Part shown: positions 1 to 11,202 of the stretch, piece after piece
How positions within the stretch are numbered: the stretch's first letter is position 1
How the letters are laid out: each line of letters starts with the position of its first letter
Assembly (NCBI RefSeq): GCF_963921235.1
Contig: NC_086097.1
Location: 221,218,001-221,282,000, forward strand
Source of the DNA: Mobula hypostoma
Taxonomy: Eukaryota
DNA length: 64,000 nt
Reading direction: 5' to 3'
Position numbers and translations under genes: made by a program
The notes under the pieces: generated by a model
The model's database searches: none
Told to the model about the DNA's origin: nothing
What the model saw: the letters and a program-made list of their open reading frames with translations, nothing else

Positions 1-864
1 CATATGAGTAGTTTCCTCCAAAAGACAATCAGAACTACAAGCAGTATCTGTGTCTCAGCGTGGAATTGGATGTTCTTCTTTGTCCTTGTGCTCGCCAACC
101 TTTGCTGGTGGTGGTAGAACAAGATCACTTCTGACTGCTTGGCAGTGGAAAGGCCTACATGTACAGTCACAATGAGGTAGGCAAGGAAGATTAGGAATGC
201 ATTGGCTGCTATCCGCACATAATCCATAGAGAATGTGGGATGAGGGGAAATGCATTGTGAGAATCCCTTCATCTTCATTGGTTTCTGCTCCTTCACTAGC
301 CATGACCGTAGAATTGTCAAGTTTTGGTTAGCGCTGTCTGCTCCATGAGTCAACCAAGCCCATGCTCGCCCCCTGCTGGCTGGCTGCTTTCTGTTGTTTT
401 ATGCATCATCTTATTTTTCAACATTCATTCACTGTTTTAGTGAGTGCCTCAAAACATGGGTCACGGAGCTCTCATGGATGAATAGGCGATAACGTCCTTC
501 ACCTGCAAAGTGTGGGAGACTGTGATACTGAGCTTTGAGGTACAGTGATATTTGCTGTGGGTCCTGCTAGAGGTTGATGGTAGGTGAGTGACAGGTGAGA
601 ACAGTCCAAAAGCAATTGTCTAGACTGAGAGATGTGGCAGCTGGAAAAGGGCTGAGTGACTGAACCAATGCACAAGGTCGTTGAATTCCTTGAGGCATTG
701 ACTACTGGCACTGAGCACACTATCTGCCTCATTGGCTTTCCGGTGTTTGTCCAGAAGGCTGCCTGGTTCCCTGTGGTTATCTGTCATGTTCTATTTCTCT
801 CCACTTGCCTCTAGTGCAGTACTGGAACATCATACAGCCTGCTACCCCACCCTCAAACACACAC

Positions 865-1421
865 TCTATAAAACTCTGGTGAGGCCACACTTGGAGTACT
901 GTGTCCAGTTCTGGTCACCTCACTATAGGAAGGATGTGGAAGCATTGGAAAGGGTACAGAGGAGATTTACCAGGATGCTGCCTGGTTTAGAAAGTATGCA
1001 TTATGATCAGAGATTAAGGGAGCTAGGGCTTTACTCTCTGGAGAGAAGGAGGATGAGAGGAGACATGATAGAGGTATATAAGATATTAAGAGGAATAGAT
1101 AGAGTGGATAGCCAGCGCCTCTTCCCCAGGGCACCACTGCTGAATAAAAGAGGACATGGCTTTAAGATAAAGGGTGGGAAGTTCAAGGGGGATATTAGAG
1201 GAAGGATTTTTACTCAGGGAGTGGTTGGTGAGTGGAATGCACTGCCTGAGTCAGTGGTGGAGGCAGACACACTAGTGAAATTAAAGAGACTACTAGACAG
1301 GTATATGGCAGAATTTAAGGTGGGGGGTTATATGGGAGGCAGGGTTGAAGAGTCGGCACAACTTTGTGGGCTGAAGGGCCTGTACTATGCTGTAGTATTC
1401 TACGTTCTATATGTTCTATGT

Positions 1422-1424
<3 letters not shown>
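865..1424 (+). mobile_element. CR1 LINE, 5'-truncated 3' end (ORF2 C-terminus plus 3' UTR)
   Basis: Translates as LYKTLVRPHLEYCVQFWSPHYRKDVEALERVQRRFTRM...LERRRMRGD, the CR1 ORF2 tail. Ends in (TTCTATG)-type repeats. Flanked by ACACACAC on the left and (CA)n on the right. Near-identical to 53533-54008. Confidence 0.95.

Positions 1425-1475
<51 letters not shown>
1425..1475. repeat. (CA)n microsatellite
   Basis: Perfect AC dinucleotide run read directly. Confidence 0.99.
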
Positions 1476-1476
<1 letters not shown>

Positions 1477-2171
1477 TGTGTCATTCTTTCATGCTCCAGA
1501 GCAGCCACTCTGCTACCTGGTGTGAGCTGGTGTTGGCAGCTAATGCTGTTGGCCCCCTGCTGAACCAGCTACCATTAAATGGTCTGGCTGAAGGCTGCAA
1601 TCATGCAAATCCACAGGCTGCTCAAGCTGGCCTACTGCCCACATTGGAAGCGATATATGCAGGCTAATTCCAGTGCCCATTGCCAGGCCTATCAAACTTA
1701 GGCTCTGTGCCTTTAATGAAGGAGTACATCCCAAGGCGACTCCCAGGAGTTGAGTGAGAAAGTAGTTTCATGATACTTCCAAGATCATAATTAAACATGA
1801 TATCTTAACAGACTTAAGGCTGTGGAATTGAATACAATATTTCTATCCCATGGCTGAACCCAGGATTTACTTTAACTTTTGTATAATTATCTCAGGGGCC
1901 ATAATTTACTGGACCACCTGCCTTCACTTATCTGGTGGCGGGTTGAGATGAGCTGACCCTCAGCACTCAAGAGGAAAGCAGAGAGATGTGGTGAGGCAGC
2001 AGGAGTCATAGTCCAGTGACCCTGCCCCTGCAGTTCTCTGCTGGCATCCTTTCACAGGATGTGATGCCTTGCCTCTATTCCTGTCATAACAACTTCCTAA
2101 AGCTTCTGACAATCATCGACATTTAAAAGTCATTGCACAAGTGTAAATGATTAAATAATTAATATTTGTTA

Positions 2172-2446
2172 ACCCCTCCTTGTCTTTCTTCCCGGACCTC
2201 CTGTCCCATGATCCTCTCGTATCCCCTTTTGCCAATCACCTGTCCAGCTCTCGGCTCCATCCCTCCCCCTCCCGTCTTCTCCTATCATTTTGGATCTCCC
2301 CCTCCCCCTCCAACTTTCAAATCCCTTACTCACTCTTCCTTCAGTTAGTCCTGACGAAGGGTCTCGGCCTGAAACGTCAACTGCACCTCTTCCTACAGAT
2401 GCTGCTTGGCCTGCTGTGTTCACCAGCAACTTTGATGTATGTTGCT
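2172..2446 (+). mobile_element. Penelope-like element pseudo-LTR (3' end fragment)
   Basis: Near-identical to the 3' terminal region following the GIY-YIG ORF at 23290-23570. Carries a hammerhead core. Confidence 0.9.
2346..2383 (+). ncRNA. Minimal type I hammerhead ribozyme motif (stem I variant)
   Basis: TAGTC-CTGACGA-AGGGTCTCGGCCT-GAAA-CGTC-AACTG. Core intact; the first stem I pair is a C-A mismatch. Confidence 0.65.
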
Positions 2447-2623
2447 CAAATAATTAATAAGCTGGTTTAAAAATTTGAAAAAAGATAACATCAATTGCAA
2501 ATACAGCATCAAATGCAAAAGATCTATAGAAGTGTGAAATTAAAATAAATATAAATAAGTTAGCTTTCTCTTTCTACTCTTCAAGAGTCATTCAACAGAA
2601 TGGGATCTCCGATTTGGAGGGGA

Positions 2624-3310
2624 GGAGAAGATAGCAGCACGACACAGTGCGCGTGGCCGCTCCGAAATGATATCGTATTTGTTAAATAGGGGCCGTGCAC
2701 AATCCTGATTTGATGGAGACAAACGTGAGAAGCATGGAGGAACATCTGGAGAAACTTCTGAAATGCCTGCTTTGCTGTCGCTGCTACTGTGCGATCGAGA
2801 ATCTCCGGAGGGGAAGGCCCCAAATCCTCGGCTTTGCCTATGGCCTGTTGCCGGGGCTGGGGTTGAAGCACTCGGCAGAGATGGTGCTCAGTGTTCGGTG
2901 TCGGAGGGCTGGTTGGAGGCTCGAACTTTTCGGACAGACTCAAGAGTCGGACTGCGGTCAGGTGCTTCCAGGGTGCTGCACCGGCAAGTTTGCGGCACTG
3001 GAGGTTCATGGCAGGGAGATTTTCTCCCTTCTACCATCTGTGTGAGATGATGGGACTTTCGAGAGACTTTGAGACTTTTTTTTTACCGTGCCCATGGTCT
3101 GTTCTTCATCAAATTACGGTATTGCTTTGCACTGTTGTAACTATATGTTATAATTATGTGTTTTCTGTCAGTTTTTTTAGTCTTGGTTTGTCTCGTGTTT
3201 CTGTGATATAATTCTGGAGGAACATTGTATCATTTCTTGATGACAATTAAGGCATGCATTACTAAATGACAATAAAAGAGGACTGCATGTCATAATCTAA
3301 TCTGATCTAA
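2624..3310 (+). mobile_element. Short non-autonomous non-LTR element (about 690 bp), copy 1
   Basis: Co-linear with the reverse complement of 59319-60002, sharing the same 5' start (GGAGAAGAT..) and an AATAAA plus (TAATC)n tail. Confidence 0.8.
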
Positions 3311-3344
3311 TTTTGCACTTTGTCTGGCTGGCATTGAATTGAAG

Positions 3345-3500
3345 ATAGAGTCATAGAGTCACAGAACATTACAGCACATAAACAGGCCGTTTACCTATTG
3401 AGTCCACACTGAACTACTAATCTGCCTTGTCCCAACTACCCACCCTCCATGCCCCTGCCATCCATGTACCTATCCAAATTTGTCTTAAATGTTGAAACCT
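3345..3500 (-). mobile_element. CR1 3' UTR fragment
   Basis: Resembles the CR1 3' UTR copies at 57595-57780 and 20815-21070 (CAGCAC..AAACAGGCC..., TCCATGTACCTATCCAA). Confidence 0.65.
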
Positions 3501-4160
3501 GGGGAATTTATGAACATTTAAATGGTGAACCCAGAGTTTAATGTTGGAGGACACTAGAAGGACAAGATTTCATTCCTAGGCTTCAAGTGGGAGCTACCTG
3601 GAGCATGCAATGAGAATAATATCATAGTGGCAAACATACAATATTTTTAGTTGAAAGTTAGATTAAAAGATTTGATGTTAGTTGGCAGTTAGATTAAAAC
3701 TCTTGGCATGAGAATATATAAAACATGTATGAGAATGCAGTGGATTTCGATTAACTGGGCCATCAGTTAATCCATTTAATTGGAGCAGCCACTTACTTGG
3801 CACAACTCTCAAAGAACAAAAACTAATTGAGAAAATAGCCATGATTCTCTTCATTTATTTGTGACACTCTGCCACTTAATTAGGGTAGGGGACTGTTGCT
3901 GAACAGTTTCTCGTATCAGTTGTGGCTATTAGACACTGCACTGTGCTTACAACGAACAGTTTTAAAATAGTATCATTCGGGGAGAGGGGCTTGTGTTCAA
4001 AAAGCAGCGATTTTTGTCGCTGCTAGTTGATGAGAAATAAGCAGCAGGACAATTCTGAACTGTTTTTGCTCACTGATTTCAAGCATTCAAGCTTGGAGAT
4101 GTCAGAAGTAAAAATGAAATGATTTCACTACTTCAACAAATTAGGAACTATGAAGAATTT

Positions 4161-4616
4161 CCAGTGCGATCATGTTTGCTGTTGTGTGCTGGGGCAGCAG
4201 GCTGAGGGTAGCAGACACCAACAGAATCAACAAACTCATTCGTATGGCCAGTGATGTTGTGGGGATGGAACTGGACTCTCTCACGGTAGTGTCTGAAAAG
4301 AGGATGCTGTTCAAGTTGCATGCCATCTTGGTCAATGTCTCCCATCCACTACATAATGTACTGGTTGGGCACAGGAGTACATTCAGCCAGAGACTCATCC
4401 CACCAAGATGCAACACAGAGCGTCATAGGACGTCATTCCTGCCTGTGGCCATCAAACTTTACAACTCCTCCCTTGGAGGGTCAGACTCCCTGAGCCAATA
4501 GGCTAGTCCTGGACTTATTTCCTGGCATGATTTACATATTACTATTTAATTATTTATGCTGCATCTGTAACGAAAACTGATTTCCCCCGGGATCAATAAA
4601 GTATGACTATGACTAT
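4161..4616 (+). mobile_element. Rex1/Babar-like LINE 3' fragment
   Basis: ORF AVVCWGS...INKLIRMAS...HPLHNVL...TERHRTSFLPVAIKLYN. AATAAA plus (GACTAT)n tail. TSD GAATTT at 4155-4160 and 4617-4622. Confidence 0.85.
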
Positions 4617-4769
4617 GAATTTGAAGGTATCGACAATCATCTTGAATGTTATAATGAAAATGAAGATTTGGAAGATGCAGTCATTGAAAATTGTATGAAG
4701 ACAGTCCATTATATCTGCACTAGGTTTCTTCACTGATTTTGTTCACTTACATATGATCAAGAGAACACA

Positions 4770-4944
4770 GGTATGGGGGGTGCTGGATAGAGGTAGTACC
4801 TTTGATGTCTGGAATGCTGCTCCCTACCAGACAGGGTGGATGGGCATCACCGGTGCTCATCCATCTCCTAAATCTCTCACGTGTTGGCTCCGAGCGCCAT
4901 ACCCCGGTAAACCGCTACAGCTGGCGGGCTAAACCACGTGAGGG
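4770..4944 (+). ncRNA. HDV-like (double pseudoknot) self-cleaving ribozyme in the RTE 5' UTR
   Basis: P2 4874-4885/4933-4944 (11 of 12 pairs). P3 GGC 4886-4888/GCC 4896-4898. L3 TCCGAGC. P1 3' strand ATACCCC 4899-4905. P1.1 GG 4906-4907 with the CC of L3. P4 CCGCTA 4912-4917/TGGCGG 4922-4927. J4/2 GCTAA with C4929 at the catalytic position. The P1 5' strand is only partly preserved at the element start (GGTAT 4770-4774). Confidence 0.8.
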
Positions 4945-7709
4945 TGTGGTGTTAACACGGCACCACTGGGCGAATGACTTCCATGATGAAGTGACTGGCT
5001 GGGATGGAAAGATTCTCAGATGAACTGTAACGGCCACGTGTTCACGACCAAGACGAGCCACCTAGTCAGAGGAAATCGGCTGTGGTCAAACCTGGAGAGG
5101 GGTGGGCTCTGCCAGGTTTCAGATGCCCAAGACACATCGCTTGACGAGCACACCAAAAAGCAAATTCATACCGTATTGGTCGCTGCCCGGGTTACCAATG
5201 ACTGTGCTATCCGTCTCACACCAGGGTGGACGCGATAAATGTGCTACTGGTGATTCGACGCAGAAGATCCGTGGCAGAGAGAACATCACAATCGCCACAT
5301 GGAATGTAAGAAGGCTGAACCAAGCAGGGAAACTCAAGGAACTCACGCTTGAGATGGAAAGATACAACTGGCACCTCCTCGGGCTCTGTGAAGCCAGATG
5401 GAAGAACGCTGGAGAAGTGCATACTGAGGAAGGACATGTAATTTATTATAGCGGAAAAGAGAACAGACATGAAAATGGAGTAGGGTTTCTAGTCAACAAA
5501 TCAATCAAGAAATTAAAGAAAGATAAAAACACAGCAGAGGGAAGAACAGAATACAGGAAAATCAACAAGGAAATCAGGAGGGAAATGAAGGAAACAAAGC
5601 AAAAATGGATAGCTGAACAATGTGCGGACATTGAAGACAGCCTCTTCAACAACACAAGGAAGGCATTCCAACTGGTGAAAGATCTTACCAAAGAAAATCA
5701 AGCCAAAGTGAACACCATGAAAGACAAAAATGGCAAAAGTCTCACAGAAGGAAAGGAAGTAACGGAAAGGTGGACAGAGTACTGTTCAGAACTGTACAAC
5801 TACCAGAGCAAAGGAGATCCAAGCGTGCTGAATATGCAGGAATCTTCCAATGAAGATGACTATCCAATCATGCGTGAAGAAGTTGAAGTCGCAATACGAT
5901 CACTGAAGTGCGGGAGGTCAGCAGGAGTTGACAACATCCCTACTGAACTGCTGGAGGAGAGGCCACGATAGACATGCTTACCGTCATCTGCAATAAGATT
6001 TGGCAGACAGGTGAATGGCCGACACCAAGGACTCAGTCACTGATTATTGTGCTTCTCAAGAAAGGCAATCTCCAACTTTGCCAGAATTACCGTACAATCA
6101 GTTTGATCAGCCATGTAAGCAAGGTAATGCTCAGAATCATCTTCAACAGTCTGAGACCTCAGGCAGAAGACATTATTGCCGAGGAACAAGTAGGCTTCCG
6201 TAAGGGCAGAAGCACCAATGAGCAGATTTTCAACTTCCGCACCCTTTGTGAGAAACACCTTCAGCACCAGAGGGAGTTCTACCACATTTTCATAGACTTC
6301 TAGAAGGCGTTTAACAAAGTCTGGCATGATGCCTTATGGGCCACCATGAAGAAATTCAACATTGGGCAGAAGCTGTTTCCTACAATCCATCAGCTTTACG
6401 CCAAGGCAACCAGTGCAGTAGTCGCGCAGGGCACCATTGGGGAGTGGTTCCGTACCTCTGTAGGAGTCCGTCACGGCTGCCTCCTCTCCCCCACTCTCTT
6501 CAATGTCTTCCTGGAACAAATCATGAGTGTTGCCCCTGAAGATCATGTGGGCACAGTCAGCATCGGAGGGAGGAACATCACAAACCTAAGATTTGCTGAC
6601 GACATTGATGGACTTGCAGGATAAGAGGACGAAGTGGCCAACCTGTTCAGCCATCTTGACAGAGCCTCCACAAAGTTTGGAATAGAAATAAGTGCCGGTA
6701 AAACCAAGCTCAACCACAACAGACATCTCAGTCCATGATCAGAAACTTGAGACAATTCAGCAGTTCAAAAACCTGGGGGCAATCATCAGTGATGAAGGAT
6801 CAAGACCGGAAGTCCTGGCAAGAACCGCACAGACAATGACTGCACTATTCAAACTCAAGACAATATGGAGGGACAGCAACATCATCATGAAGTACAAGAT
6901 CACACTTCTGCATGCATTGGTATTCTCCATCTTCCTGTACACATTTGAGACATGGACCCTCACAGCAGAGCTACAGAGGAAGATACAGGCATTGGAAATG
7001 AGACGCTCACAAGTAAAGAAAAGATCTAGGGAAATTTTGGACCAGAAGAGATACATGGAAATTAGTATTCAATCACTATTATTAATATTTTTATAACAAC
7101 TATTATCAATATTTAGATTAATAAAGTGGAATTACAATTGCACATAAACATCTATTTGAGTGCCCAATTATTTTCTATGTTATCTCAATGTGCACTTGTG
7201 AATGTACAAATTAATATAGATTTACTGACATAAAAAATGGAAAAGGTTATATACGTAAAAAAAAGTTTGTATATTACTTGTGAATACCTTATCCAAATAA
7301 AAATAAAATTTTTTAAAAAAGGAAATGAGATGCTCTCGCAACATCTTGGACATCTCATACTTGGACCACATCACAAATGAGCAGGTCCGCAAGACCATCC
7401 AGCACCACATTGGCCCCCATGAAGACCTTTTCACAACGGTGCAGAAAAGAAAGTTGAGATGGTACGGCCACATAACAAGATCCAGTGGCCTTGCAAAAGA
7501 CTGATCTACAAGGAACTGTGGAGGGGAAAAGGAGAGGTAGGCAGAGGAAAAGATGGACGGACGACATTAAGGAATGGACTGGGAAAACATTTGCGGTGAC
7601 CCAGGCTCTGGCACACAACTGCAACAGCTGGAACAGACTGGTGCAAAGCTTGTCATGACGGAGCCCCGACCACTCCACCAGGAGTTAAGGGCACAAGGAA
7701 GGAGGAAGG
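4771..7709 (+). mobile_element. RTE-clade LINE with both ends present, internally deleted and frameshifted
   Basis: APE N-terminus (TIATWNVR..LLGLCEARW..GVGFLV) fused in frame to the pre-RT linker. RT motifs CQNYRTISLISH, EEQVGFRKGRST, GCLLSPTLFN, LRFADDI. (GGAA)n tail. TSD AAGAGAACAC(A/G)G at 4759-4770 and 7710-7721. Confidence 0.92.
7009..7320 (+). mobile_element. AT-rich poly(A)-tailed retroposed insertion (L1/Tx1-type 3' end or retrocopy)
   Basis: 15 bp TSD GGAAATGAGA(C/T)GCTC at 6994-7008 and 7321-7335. AATAAA and A-rich tail at the 3' end. Interrupts the RTE ORF. Confidence 0.75.
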
Positions 7710-8445
7710 AAGAGAACACGGCAGGATATATTGGATTAATTCCTCTTTCCGTAGATATTAGGAACTAAAACACTGTAGTGGTATTGGTAGTGTTTCAATT
7801 TGTTCTGTATTTTATTTAAATGCATAACTTGTTACTGAATTAAACGGTAGCTTGTCTTTTTTATACGTTTTTTACTATTTCCATGTAACATTGGCTAATT
7901 GGGGCACATAAAGTATCTGAATTACAGAACTTGCAACAAATGATGAATCAGATTCATTTTTTAATATCTTGGAAAAAGGCCATCAACAGCAAAAAACCAG
8001 ACTTCATTCAGAGCTTTCACATGAAATATTGCAGAACTTAAAAGGAAACAGTGAAATTCCTCCGACAGTTTAAGATGCTGATGGAACTCCAGGCACAGAA
8101 GGCTTTCATAGACTCTGTAGTAGTTTGTTTAATCTAATGGCTACGTTTCTTAGTTCTGTTTATATTACTATCAATCAGAAAATTCGGTAGCCTTTCTGGT
8201 AATTGTTTGACAGAATCCAAGTGCAACAAATACCCTTGTCATGTCAAATAAATGGATCTGACACTAGAATTCGGAAATGAGAACTTCCTGTCCAAAGGCA
8301 AAAAAACTGCACGTGAAGCTATGTCATAACCAATATGTTTATAATCAAAAACAACAGGAATTCTGCAGATGCTGGAAATTCAAGCAACACACATAAAAGT
8401 TGCTGGTGAACGCAGCAGGCCAGGCAGCATCTCTAGGAAGAGATG

Positions 8446-8483
8446 CAGTCGACGTTTCAGGCCGAGACCCTTCGTCAGGACTA
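8446..8483 (-). ncRNA. Minimal type I hammerhead ribozyme motif
   Basis: Reverse complement reads TAGTC-CTGACGA-AGGGTCTCGGCCT-GAAA-CGTC-GACTG. Confidence 0.75.
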
Positions 8484-8841
8484 ACTGAAGGAAGAGTGAG
8501 TAAGGGATTTGAAAGTTGGAGGGGGAGGGGGAGATCCAAAATGATAGGAGAAGACAGGAGGGGGAGGGATGGAGCCAAGAGCTGGACAGGTGATAGGCAA
8601 AAGGGATACGAGAGGATCATAGGACAGGAGGTCCGGGGAATGTACCCCTTGCCCATCCTCTGGGTGTCCCCCCCCCCCATCTTTCTTCCCGGACCTCCTG
8701 TCCCACGATCCTCTCGTATCCCTTTTGCCTATCACCTGTCCAGCTCTTGGCTCCATCCCTCCCCCTCCTGTCTTCTCCTATCATTTTGGATCTCCCCCTC
8801 CCCCTCCAACTTTCAAATCCCTTACTCACTCTTCCTTCAGT

Positions 8842-8879
8842 TAGTCCTGACGAAGGGTTTCGGCCTGAAACGTCGACTG
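8842..8879 (+). ncRNA. Minimal type I hammerhead ribozyme motif
   Basis: TAGTC-CTGACGA-AGGGTTTCGGCCT-GAAA-CGTC-GACTG. Confidence 0.75.
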
Positions 8880-9142
8880 CACCTCTTCCTAGAGATGCTG
8901 CCTGGCCTGCTGCGTTCACCAGCAACTTTTATGTGTGTTGTTTATAATCAAAGGTCTTTCATTTCTTAATTGAAATACAGGTAAAGAATTTGCCTTTATT
9001 ATATTTATCACCTGTCCCATTGCAGTAAATTATCTATTAGATAAATTTTACATATTTTAATGCATCTTACTTTATTATTGATAAATGTGAATGCAAATTT
9101 TGTTAAATTCATTTATCATCTTAAACATTGCAACTGAGATAT

Positions 9143-10870
9143 TTGAATTCAAGTTCAAGCTTATTGTTTCTGACTACATCTGTACAATGAAACAGCATTC
9201 CTCCGGATCATGGTGTACCCACACAACATATACCACACACAGCACATACACCAAAATATTACACCCTAAGAAAGTAAGTTAATAAAATATAAATCAAAAT
9301 GCGTGTAGTAAAGTGCAACATAAGTAACCAGTAAACAGCAAACAACTTGCTGTGACGGGACCACAGTGATGACATTAGTCTCACAGCCTGAGGGAAGAAG
9401 CTGTTCCCCAGTCTGTCAGTCCAATGCCTGATGCTTCTGTACCTCCCTCCTGATGGTAGTGCGTCAAAGAGATTGTGGGATGGCTGGTGGGGATCCTCAA
9501 CAGTGGTTTGGGCCCTCCGTCTGTAACGCTCACAGTAAGTGTCACAAATATGGGGGGGACGGACATTCTGATGATTCTCTGGGTGGGTATTACTATCCCC
9601 TTGAGGTGTGATGCCTTGCAGCTTCGGTACCACCCAATGATGCAGCGCTCGATAGTGTTCCTGTAGGAAGTTGTTAGAATGGGGGTGGGGAGCCTTGCGT
9701 GCCTCAATCTCCTCAGAAAGAGGAGACGCTGCTGTACCGTCTTGACTAACGACAAGGTGTTGCGGGTCCAGGTTAGATCGTTCATTATGTGCACACCAAG
9801 GAACTTTGTGCCGTTCACTCTCCCCACAGCAGAGCCATTGATGTACAATGGAGAGTGGTCGACCTGTACCTCCAATCCTCTCTTTTGTCTTGTCCACACT
9901 GAGACTCAGGTTATTATTCTCGCACCATTTGACGAGCTCCTCTATCTCCGCTGGTAATCATTGTTGCCGACGAGGCCAACCATCAGACAATTTGATGAAA
10001 CGGTTTGAGCTGAATCTGGCAGTGCAATCATGAGGCAGTACTATGAATAGTAGCAGACTGAGCACAACGGGGCAAAACGGATCTTGAGATGTTGCTGTCA
10101 ACATCTGGGGTCTTTCCGTCAAGAAGTCCAAGATCCAGCTACAGAGAGGGGTGTTGGAGTCCCAACAAGGACAGTTTTCCCGCCAGCTTCTGAGGGATGA
10201 TCATCTTAAATGGTAAGATGAAGTCAATGAACAACCTCCTGGAGTAGGAGGCATCATTTTCTAGGTGGGACAGGACGGAGTGGAAGACCGAGGCTATGGT
10301 ATCATTAGTGGACCGGTTTGAGCTGTAGCTGCACTGGAAAGAGTTCAATGTAGCCAGAAGGTGGGATTTTATCCAATCAATTACCAGCCACTCATAGAAC
10401 GTCATGATTGTTGAAGTCAATATTATCGGGCAGTAATCATTTACGTCAGTTACTGTTGTTCTCTTAGGCACCAGAATGATGGTGGCTGCCTTGAAGCCTG
10501 CAGGGACAGTGGACTGTTTCAGAGAGATTATGAAGATATACATTAAGACCTCCGTTAGCTGGGCCGCACTGTCTCTCAGCACCTGACCAAGTATGTTGTC
10601 TGGTCCTGCAGCTCTGCGTGGGTTTACCCTGGCCAGGATCCTCCTCTCCTCATCTGTATCCAGAAAGGGTACCTGATCTTCAGGAAGAGAGTGGGCTTTC
10701 CTCAATGTTGCATCATTCAATTGGTCAAATTGTCCAGAGAAAGCATTCAGCCTATCAGGAAGGAGGGATGCGCAGTGTGGACCTGTAATCGGCCATGTTT
10801 TTTTAGTACCTTGCAACATGCACCACGTGTCCCTAGTGTCACAAAGGTGTGACACCAGGGACACCACAGC
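9143..10870 (-). mobile_element. Rex1/Babar-like LINE, decayed RT and 3' end
   Basis: Minus ORFs with AAGPDNI..VLRD..QL, FKAATIILVPK..NDYCPIILTS, KFLGVHI..DLTW..QRLLFLRRL, HPSHNLF..LPSGGRYRSI..NSFFPQAVRL. (TTGAAC)n tail. Confidence 0.88.
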
Positions 10871-11070
10871 AGCTCCACGTTCATCCTGGTTTAATCCAAG
10901 TTACACAATAAATCTTGTAATTTATCATAAGTATGAAGGCAAGTAAATTTTTTTCACACATGACAAATTACCTTCATTCATGATGTCAGGCAATAGCAAT
11001 AATATAGAGGTTACCTGTTTGTAATGTTCAGGCTTGTAAGGTCATTGATACCCAGAAAGTTCAGATACCT

Positions 11071-11202
11071 CCATTTGAAGGGTCTCGACGAAGGGTCTCG
11101 GCCCGAAACGTCGACTGTACCTCTTCCTAAAGATGCTGCCTGGCAACTTTTATGTGTGTTGCTTGAAATTTCAGCATCTGCAGATTTCCTCATGTTTGCG
11201 TT
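11071..11202 (+). mobile_element. Very short Penelope-like 3' end insertion
   Basis: Matches the pLTR end plus tail and is 5'-truncated within the hammerhead core. TSD TTCAGATACCT at 11060-11070 and 11203-11213. Confidence 0.85.

Larger units (their letters stand above)
3738..7905. mobile_element. Old non-autonomous DNA transposon (pogo/Tigger-like), split by nested insertions
   Basis: Pieces 3738-4160, 4617-4770 and 7710-7905 rejoin across the TSDs of the inserted LINEs. Starts CAGTGGATT and has repeated TAATTGG(G)GCA-type motifs near both ends. Family assignment is by recollection only. Confidence 0.5.
8350..8940. mobile_element. Penelope-like insertion made of two inverted pseudo-LTR arms
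   Basis: 8350-8638 is the reverse complement of the pLTR and about 8640-8940 is the forward pLTR. TSD TTTATAATCAAA at 8338-8349 and 8941-8952. Confidence 0.92.

Noticed and set aside
732..1667. 311 aa ORF as a host gene
   Set aside because: Chance read-through of flank, CR1 ORF2 tail and (CA)n (the THTH run).
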